DNA of 64,000 bases from Acidimicrobiales bacterium (lineage in GTDB: Bacteria; Actinomycetota; Acidimicrobiia; Acidimicrobiales; Bog-793), in NCBI GenBank assembly GCA_052143575.1, contig JBKQSP010000033.1, forward strand, positions 10,161 through 74,160, given 5' to 3'. Under the pieces are notes generated by a model that did not search any database, was not told the origin of the DNA, and saw only the letters and a list, made by a program, of their open reading frames with translations. Positions 58,148-64,000 of this stretch are shown here, in pieces. The number at the start of each line of letters is the position of its first letter. Position 1 is the stretch's first letter. The translations under genes were made by a program, and so were the position numbers.

Positions 58148-59116
58148 TCAGGCTGAGGCAGCGGATGCGAAGTGATGGCGGTACTGGCCGGGAGTCGTAC
58201 CGAGCACTCGGCGGAACGAGCGGTGAAGGGTCTCGACCGTGCCGAACCCACAGCGGCGGGCGATCTCGCTCGTGCCGGACGTCGTCGTTTCGAGGAGGCG
58301 ACGGGCCGCCTCGACCCGCGCCGCTTCCACGTAAGCGGCAGGCGTCTCGCCGAATTCCGCCCGGAAGACTCGGGCGAAGTGGCGCGGACTCATCGCGCTG
58401 CGCCGTGCCAGGGCGCTCACCCGGAGATCCTCGTCGAGGTGATCGGCCACGAACGCCTCGAGGCGCCTGAGCGGCAGGCTCGACGGTCGCTGGGCAGCCA
58501 GTTGAGCGCTGAATTGTGATTGCCCGCCGGGCCGTTGCACGAAGAGCACCAGCCAGCGGGCGACGCTGCGGGCGAGCTCGGCGCCGTGGTCGTCCTCGAC
58601 GAGCTTGAGGGCGAGGTCCATCCCGGCCGTGACCCCAGCGGAGGTCCAGACATTGCCGTCACGCACGAAGATGGGGTCCCGCTCGACCGTCGCCGTGGGG
58701 AGGCGAGCCGCCAGCCGCTCGCACGCAGACCAGTGCGTCGTCGCCCGCCTGCCGTCGAGCAGTCCGGCTTCGGCGAGGACGAAAGCTCCCGTGCACACAG
58801 AGGCGAGTCGCCTCGAACGCCGGGCGGCCGAGCGCACCCAGGCAACCAGTGCGTCGTCTGCGACTGCTGCGCCGCCGCCGCCACCGCCGACCACGACGAG
58901 CGTGTCGATGTGGCCCCGGCACTCGGCGAGGCGCCGATCCGCGCGGATCCCGAGGCCGCAGGAGGCACTCAGCAGTCCACCCTCGGTACTGACGACCTCG
59001 CTGGTGTAGGTGGGCCGACCCTGCAGCCGGCTGGCGGCCGAGAAGACTTCCATCGGCCCGGTGAGGTCGAGGATCTCGAAACCGTCGAACACCACGAAGA
59101 CGACGCGCTGTTGCAT
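58148..59116 (-). CDS. GlxA-family transcriptional regulator (DJ-1-like N-terminal domain plus AraC HTH)
   Basis: The ATG is at 59116. It contains LASVCTGAFVLAEAGLLDGRRATTHW. The C-terminal AraC HTH reads SPRHFARVFRAEFGETPAAYV...IARRCGFGTVETLHRSFRR. Confidence 0.85.
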   Translation of the reverse strand: MQQRVVFVVFDGFEILDLTGPMEVFSAASRLQGRPTYTSEVVSTEGGLLSASCGLGIRADRRLAECRGHIDTLVVVGGGGGGAAVADDALVAWVRSAARRSRRLASVCTGAFVLAEAGLLDGRRATTHWSACERLAARLPTATVERDPIFVRDGNVWTSAGVTAGMDLALKLVEDDHGAELARSVARWLVLFVQRPGGQSQFSAQLAAQRPSSLPLRRLEAFVADHLDEDLRVSALARRSAMSPRHFARVFRAEFGETPAAYVEAARVEAARRLLETTTSGTSEIARRCGFGTVETLHRSFRRVLGTTPGQYRHHFASAASA

Positions 59117-59223
59117 GCAACCATCATGCGGGCAGGTCTGTGTGGCTGCAATGACATGATCATGACGATTTCTGCCATCTTCTCGACACCCCGGAGCAGA
59201 CGCCGCCGACACCTCGGTATCAT

Positions 59224-59340
59224 TTCGTCACTTGGTGCAATCCCGAGGAGCGGCGGTGACAGCCCGCCGGACCCGCCGGTGGCGGGTCGACCCGGTGGAA
59301 CCCCGGGGCCACGCGGTGAGACCCCGCCGAGGGCCGGCAT
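59224..59340 (+). ncRNA. Probable FMN riboswitch (RFN element) in the 5' leader of the ribE-ribB gene
   Basis: The leader contains TTGGTGCAATCCCGAGGAGCGGCGGTGACAGCCCGC, compared with the consensus GGUGAAAUUCC...CCGGCGGU.ACAGCCCGC. It also contains GACCCGGTGGAACCCCGGGGCCACGCGGTGAGAC, compared with GAUCCGGUGAAAUUCCGGAGCCGACGGU.AAAG. A hairpin CCGACG-TCGCGG-CGTCGG lies just upstream of the GGAGG RBS. The boundaries are approximate. Confidence 0.55.
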
Positions 59341-59393
59341 TCGCCGCCTCTCAGCCCCGACGTCGCGGCGTCGGCAGCGCAGAGGAGGTCACC

Positions 59394-60614
59394 ATGTTCA
59401 CAGGCAGAATCCGTCAAGTCGGCGTCGTGTCGGAGGTCGACGGCACCGGTGTGCGCGTGTACGCCCCGAAGGTCGCAGGACTCACGGACGCCGGCGGTTC
59501 CATCGCCGTTGCCGGCGTCTGCGTGACGGCGTCGTCGGTCGATGCGGAGGGTTTCTCGGCGACGCTTTCGAGCGAGACCCGGCGCCGCTCGACGCTCGGG
59601 GATCTCGTGGCCGGCTCGAAGGTCAACCTCGAGCCGGCGCTCGAAGTGGGCAGCGCGCTGGACGGTCATCTTGTGCAGGGGCACATCGACGGCACGGGCA
59701 AGGTCGCCCGCGTCGATGCCGAGGAGATCGGTCGGCGCATCTGGATCCGCGCTTCCGATCGAGTCATGGCACAGCTGGTGGCGAAATGCTCGATTGCGGT
59801 CGAGGGCGTGAGCCTGACGGTCGCCGAGATCGGGCGGGATCGCTTCTCCGTGGCTCTCATCCCGACGACGCTGGCCGAGACGACGCTGGCCGATCTCGAG
59901 GTGGGCCAGCGCGTCAATCTCGAAACCGACCTCGTTGCCAAGCTGGCTCGCCACAAGGGTGCCGCCACGGGCGCCGCGCTGGCCGCCGTCATCGGCTCGC
60001 TCCCATGGGCGGGACCGCTGAGCGGCCGACTCGGCGTCGAGAAGGCACTGGCGCAGATCGCCGCCGGGGGTGGCGTCGTCGTCTGGGATCCGGCACGCGA
60101 GACCGAGGGCGACGTCGTGTTCGCCGGCGCCCGGCTGCGGCCGGAGGCGATGACCTTCCTCCTTACGCAGGCGTGCGGGCACACGACGGTGCCCTGCGAT
60201 CTCCCGCGTCTCGAGCGGCTGGAGATCCCTCCGCTTCCAGGCGCCGGCGACCGGCACGGCACCGCCCCCCATCTGCCGGTCGACCTTGCTGTGGGCACCG
60301 GCACGGGTGTATCAGCGAGCGAGCGGTCGGCCACCATTCGACGCCTCGCCCATCCCGATGCGGTCCCTGGCGACTTCCTGCGCCCGGGGCACGTGTTCCC
60401 GCTCGGGGCGAGGAGCGGGGGCCTCCCTGAGCGCGCCGGGCACACGGAGGCATCGGTCGCCTTGTGCGAGGCGGCCGGCCTGCCGACGGTGGCTGTCATC
60501 TGCGAAGTGATGGACGCCGACGGCGTCATGGCGGGCAGCGCGGCATTGGAGCGCTTCGCTCTCAGCTGGGGGCTGCCGATCGTTGACATCGCCGATCTGA
60601 CCGCCTGGCTCTGA
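59394..60614 (+). CDS. Fusion protein: riboflavin synthase alpha chain (N-terminal) plus 3,4-dihydroxy-2-butanone-4-phosphate synthase (C-terminal)
   Basis: A GGAGG RBS precedes the ATG at 59394. The N-terminus reads MFTGRIRQVG...GHLVQGHIDGTG...IAVEGVSLTV...IPTTLAETTL (the two lumazine-binding repeats). The C-terminus reads RETEGDVVF...RPGHVFPL...RAGHTEASVALCEAAGLPTVAVICEV (DHBP synthase). No GTP cyclohydrolase II domain is present. Confidence 0.8.
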   Translation: MFTGRIRQVGVVSEVDGTGVRVYAPKVAGLTDAGGSIAVAGVCVTASSVDAEGFSATLSSETRRRSTLGDLVAGSKVNLEPALEVGSALDGHLVQGHIDGTGKVARVDAEEIGRRIWIRASDRVMAQLVAKCSIAVEGVSLTVAEIGRDRFSVALIPTTLAETTLADLEVGQRVNLETDLVAKLARHKGAATGAALAAVIGSLPWAGPLSGRLGVEKALAQIAAGGGVVVWDPARETEGDVVFAGARLRPEAMTFLLTQACGHTTVPCDLPRLERLEIPPLPGAGDRHGTAPHLPVDLAVGTGTGVSASERSATIRRLAHPDAVPGDFLRPGHVFPLGARSGGLPERAGHTEASVALCEAAGLPTVAVICEVMDADGVMAGSAALERFALSWGLPIVDIADLTAWL

Positions 60615-60784
60615 TCCTTCCGGACCGTCGCATCCCTCGAGGTGGCATCGCCGCCACCGGCTCTCGGCACTACCGGCCGACCCTCGCCCGGCACCAGCAG
60701 GTTCGCAGGCCGATCGCACCGATCTCACAGGAACGGGTTGTTCAATGATGTGGGTAACGCCGATCAATCGAAAGGCCGGCAACG

Positions 60785-62353
60785 GTGATGAGCGACTCAG
60801 ACGAAGAAAACAAGCCTTCCGGTGAGCAGGAACCCTGGGGCTGGCAGTCCTGGAGTTGGCAGCAGCCGGCCGAGGGCGCCGACCTGACCAGCCACTCAGG
60901 TAGCCCGGCGGACACGGATCCGCTCGGGCAGGCCGGTCCCTTCGAGCACACTGCGCCCCTCGGGGCCGCCACCTTCGGGGATCCAGGGCCGTATCGCCCG
61001 GCGTCGAGCGCAGGCGCGTGGCGTCCTGGGTCACCGGTGACGCCCGTCGGCGGTCGTGTCGGTGGAAGCGGAACCTACGGGTTCCCGGAGGCGCCCCCAA
61101 CGGAGCCACCTCGCCGCCGGCGGCGTGGACTGCTGCTGGGGGCCGGCGTGCTGTTGCTCGGCGTTGCCACTGCCGCCGGCATCGGCATCGGCCATGTCGT
61201 CTGGCCGCCGACCTCCTCGGCCGCCTCTGCGCCGAGTGGCACCACCTCGCCCGGCAGCTCGGGCGGTTCATCCTCAGGACTGCCGCCGTTCTCCGGCGGC
61301 TACCCATTCGGCCAGTCACCGTCCGGCTCGGGTAGCAGGTCGTCGGGTTCCACTGGCGGTACCTCTCAGGCCAGCGGAAGTCCCTCCGATGTCGCCTCGA
61401 TCGCCGCCAAAGTCGATCCGGCGCTCGTCGACATCAACTCCACCTTCAGCTATCAGCAAGCCCAGGGTGCCGCCACCGGGATCGTTCTCACCTCGAGCGG
61501 CGAGGTTCTCACGAACAACCACGTCGTCAACGGGGCCACCAAGATCAGCGTCACCGACATCGGCAACGGGAAGACCTACAACGCAACCGTCGTCGGCTAC
61601 GACGCCACCCACGACATGGCGGTGATCCAGCTGCAAGGTGCTTCCGGGTTGGCGACGGCTTCGTTCGCCGACTCCTCGAAACTGGCCGTCGGCGAGTCGG
61701 TCGTGGCGCTCGGCAACGCCGGCGGCTTGGGTGGCACACCGTCGAGCGCCGGCGGATCCATCACGGCGCTCAACCAGTCCATCACCGCCAGTGATGACCT
61801 CAACGGAACGAGCGAGCAGCTTTCCGGGCTCATCCAGGTCAATGCAGATATCCAGCCCGGCGACTCGGGCGGCTCGCTCGTGAACAACGCCGGTCAGGTG
61901 ATCGGGATGGACACTGCCGGTTCGAGCGGGTACTCCATACAGTCCTCCGCCTCGCAGGGCTACGCCATTCCGATCGACGAGGTGCTCGCCACGGCTGCGG
62001 CCATTGAGGCGGGACACGGTTCCTCCGTCGTCCACGTCGGCGCGACGGCGTTTCTCGGAGTCTTGATCACCTCGTCTGGCGGCCAGGGCGGCTACTTCGG
62101 CAGTGGAGGCAGCTCCACTGCTTCGGGAGCGCTCCTCAGCGGCGTCGTGAGCGGAGGCCCAGCGGCGACCGCTGGCCTGGCTGCCGGCGACGTCATCACG
62201 TCGTTCGACGGCCAGACCGTCACCTCGGAGTCCACGTTGAGCACCGTGATGGTCGGGCTCCACCCTGGTGACAAGGTGGAGGTTGGGTGGGTCGACACAT
62301 CAGGTCAGTCGCACACCGCCACCGTGCAGCTTGCCAGCGGGCCCGCCGCCTGA
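60785..62353 (+). CDS. HtrA/DegP-family (S1C) serine protease with a PDZ domain
   Basis: It has a disordered N-terminus and the TM helix LLLGAGVLLLGVATAAGIGIG. The catalytic triad context is TNNHVV, HDMAVIQL and GDSGGSLV. The C-terminal PDZ region contains AATAGLAAGDVITSFDG. Confidence 0.85.
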   Translation: MMSDSDEENKPSGEQEPWGWQSWSWQQPAEGADLTSHSGSPADTDPLGQAGPFEHTAPLGAATFGDPGPYRPASSAGAWRPGSPVTPVGGRVGGSGTYGFPEAPPTEPPRRRRRGLLLGAGVLLLGVATAAGIGIGHVVWPPTSSAASAPSGTTSPGSSGGSSSGLPPFSGGYPFGQSPSGSGSRSSGSTGGTSQASGSPSDVASIAAKVDPALVDINSTFSYQQAQGAATGIVLTSSGEVLTNNHVVNGATKISVTDIGNGKTYNATVVGYDATHDMAVIQLQGASGLATASFADSSKLAVGESVVALGNAGGLGGTPSSAGGSITALNQSITASDDLNGTSEQLSGLIQVNADIQPGDSGGSLVNNAGQVIGMDTAGSSGYSIQSSASQGYAIPIDEVLATAAAIEAGHGSSVVHVGATAFLGVLITSSGGQGGYFGSGGSSTASGALLSGVVSGGPAATAGLAAGDVITSFDGQTVTSESTLSTVMVGLHPGDKVEVGWVDTSGQSHTATVQLASGPAA

Positions 62354-62446
62354 GTCCCTCTCGAGGGCGCTGCCCCACTCCTTGACGTCGCCGGGTTGCC
62401 GCCGGCCCGGACCACGTCAGTTACGGTCGACCATTCGTGATGCCAA

Positions 62447-62481
62447 TTTGCGCTAGTTAGCAATCTAGCTATACTTGGGCG
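62447..62481 (+). promoter_or_regulatory. Sigma-70-like promoter TTGCGC-17 nt-TATACT overlapping an imperfect 18-bp palindrome (GCTAGTTAGCAATCTAGC); likely a leaderless arsR-family transcript
   Basis: The -35 is at 62447-62452 and the -10 at 62470-62475. The ATG at 62482 lies 6 nt after the -10, and there is no RBS. The palindrome at 62451-62468 has 14 of 18 symmetric positions. Confidence 0.45.
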
Positions 62482-62841
62482 ATGGTAGATGACGCGAGCG
62501 TGTTCCGGGCATTAGCGGATCCCACCCGCCGACAGATCCTCCAAGATCTCCGGGACGGCGAGCGAAGTGCCGGCGACATAGCCGCCCGTTTTCCAATCAG
62601 CGGGCCGTCCGTATCGCGCCACTTGAGCCTGCTCAAAGCAGCCGGCCTGATCCAGGAACGCCGGGATGCCAACCGGATCTACTACCAACTCGTCGAGGAG
62701 CGGCTCGCCTTGTGCGTTGGCGGCTTCCTCTCCGCCGTGTGCCCCGAGCAGATCGTTCTCCGCCACAAGCTCCGTGGGAGCCGTGACGCAGCGCCGCCAC
62801 GTGGTGCCGCCAAGAAGGCGGGATCTGGAAAGGGGGCGTGA
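62482..62841 (+). CDS. ArsR/SmtB-family transcriptional regulator
   Basis: It contains FRALADPTRRQILQDLRDGERSAGDIAARFPISGPSVSRHLSLLKAAGLIQERRDANRIYYQL. Confidence 0.85.
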   Translation: MVDDASVFRALADPTRRQILQDLRDGERSAGDIAARFPISGPSVSRHLSLLKAAGLIQERRDANRIYYQLVEERLALCVGGFLSAVCPEQIVLRHKLRGSRDAAPPRGAAKKAGSGKGA

Positions 62842-63415
62842 TCATGCGCCAGGTCGAGTGCACCATCGAGCGCCGCCTCCTCGTGAATTACCGCATCGAT
62901 CCGGACGTTCTCGGTTCGCTGTTGCCCAATGACGTTCGCGCGCAGATCGTCCGCGGTTCGGCGGTGGGCGGCGTGTGCTTCCTACGTCTCGCCCACTTGC
63001 GTCCCCGCTCACTCCCGTCGTGGTCGGGCCTTCGGACCGAGAACGTCGCGCACCGCTTCGCGGTGGAGTGGGATGGCGCCGACGGCGTCGTCGCCGGCGT
63101 CTACGTTCCCCGCCGGGAGACCGATTCCCGGTTGGCGGCGTGGTCGGGCGGCCGCCTCTTTCCCGGCGTCTACCGAATGAGTCGCGATCGTGTCTCGAGG
63201 GCGTAAGGCTTCAGTGCGACCGGTGGGCTGCCGAACCGCTCGAGATCGACGAGATGCGCTCCGCTGTCTTCGACGACCTTGCCTTCTTCCCGCCGGGGAC
63301 CTGCGCCCTCGACTCAGCGCTCGTGATGCACGACCTGGACTCGCAGTTCGTGGTCGATGAGCACCGTCGCGTCCTCGACAGCGATGGAGTGCCCTCGAGC
63401 GTCGGTGCGCCGTGA
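62838..63415 (+). pseudogene. COG2071/DUF2071-like protein, apparently frameshifted and internally shortened
   Basis: The N-terminal 122 aa (62838..63206) read LLVNYRIDPDVLGSLLP...LRTENVAHRFAV...GRLFPGVY. Coding-like sequence continues in another frame to 63415 (WAAEPLEIDEMRSAVFDDLAFFPPGTCALDSALVMHDL). The family assignment is tentative. Confidence 0.4.
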
Positions 63416-63633
63416 AGGATCTGGGCCGGAACGGAGTGCTCCAGTTCAGCGCTTGGTGGTCGGTGGCCGGATCGGTCGCCACGGCGCTCCAGTCAGACTG
63501 AGCTGGCAGGGGTTGGCCCGAAATTGTGGGATGGACTATGGGATCCCAGCGCGGTCATCGCCGGTGCACTGGGTGCGTCCCACGGCAAGCGCTCCTTCTC
63601 GCACCGACCGACGACTGCAGGGGAGAATGGGAC

Positions 63634-64000
63634 GTGGTGCCTCATCGGGTCGTCGAGAAGCAGGCGCGTGAGTTCCTGGCCGGCAAGTACGGTGCGGTCG
63701 ACGAGCTGCGACCACTCGGGGGCGGCTTCTGGTCTTCCGCTTACTCCTTCTCGCATGCCGGCCGTGCGCTGGTCGTCCGCTTCGGGGCCAACAAGGATTG
63801 GTTCGAAGCCGACAGGGCGGCCATGGCGTTCGCCTCACCGGCCCTGCCAGTGCCCGAGGTGGTCGAAATCGGCGATGCCTTCGGGGGCGCTTACGCCGTC
63901 TCAGCCCGCCACTACGGGACCAACCTTGAGGACGTCCGACCCGACCAGCGCGATGTTGCCGGCCCGATGCTGGCGTCGCTGCTCGGGGCGCTCTACCGGG
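63634..64000 (+). CDS. Aminoglycoside/choline-kinase-type phosphotransferase (APH family), 3' partial
   Basis: A GGGGAG RBS precedes GTG GTG at 63634/63637. The frame stays open to the window end and reads PHRVVEKQAREFLAGKYGAVDELRPLGGGFWSSAYSFSHAGRALVVRFGANKDWFEADRAAMAF... Confidence 0.65.
   Translation, partial: MVPHRVVEKQAREFLAGKYGAVDELRPLGGGFWSSAYSFSHAGRALVVRFGANKDWFEADRAAMAFASPALPVPEVVEIGDAFGGAYAVSARHYGTNLEDVRPDQRDVAGPMLASLLGALYR

Noticed and set aside
60741-60770. GGAAC... upstream of the htrA-like protease as an ECF sigma-E-type promoter (GGAAC-N16-17-GTT).
   Set aside because: No GTT element sits at the required 16-17-nt spacing after GGAAC; the sequence there is GTGGGT. The call is not supportable from sequence alone.

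Overview
This is a high-GC (about 70%) chromosomal window that looks actinobacterial, judged from gene content, gene order and frequent GTG starts with 4-nt ATGA/GTGA overlaps. Most of it is core metabolism and respiration:
- Aerobic respiration sits in three blocks: ctaA/ctaB (7.1-9.1 kb), ctaC-ctaD-ctaF (32.3-35.4 kb) and ctaE-qcrCAB (42.6-46.7 kb).
- A hemE-hemH-hemY heme operon lies at 38.8-42.4 kb.
- A Pho-type two-component pair (12.3-14.4 kb) and phoU (21.0-21.7 kb) are present.
- A TetR-associated acyl-CoA/beta-oxidation-like operon spans 25.0-30.4 kb.
- Other calls are tatA, lnt, larB-larC, pheA, an FMN-riboswitch-controlled ribE-ribB fusion gene, an HtrA-like protease, and tRNA-Glu(UUC) and tRNA-Thr(UGU).

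The accessory or unusual content is:
1. The right end of an integrated mobilizable element (MobF-type relaxase/helicase, excisionase-like HTH, tyrosine integrase) sits against the 3' end of tRNA-Glu (1-4.6 kb).
2. A compact five-gene type-IV-secretion-like module lies between the Pho kinase/regulator genes and phoU (14.6-20.6 kb). It encodes a pilin-like protein, a VirB6/TrbL-like protein, a split VirB4 and a VirD4-like coupling ATPase. It has no relaxase or cell-wall hydrolase.
3. A translationally coupled clpS-DUF2017 operon ends in a protein that fuses an S51/cyanophycinase-like domain to a CysRS-type C-terminal tRNA-binding-like domain.
4. Several genes look disrupted: a DinB-family frameshift, an in-frame TAG in tesB, a bluB fragment and a COG2071-like remnant.
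5. A roughly 450-bp non-coding stretch with visibly more A/T lies downstream of tRNA-Thr.

No CRISPR array, rRNA or transposase was recognised. All calls come from reading the translated ORFs and the DNA by eye; no database search was run.
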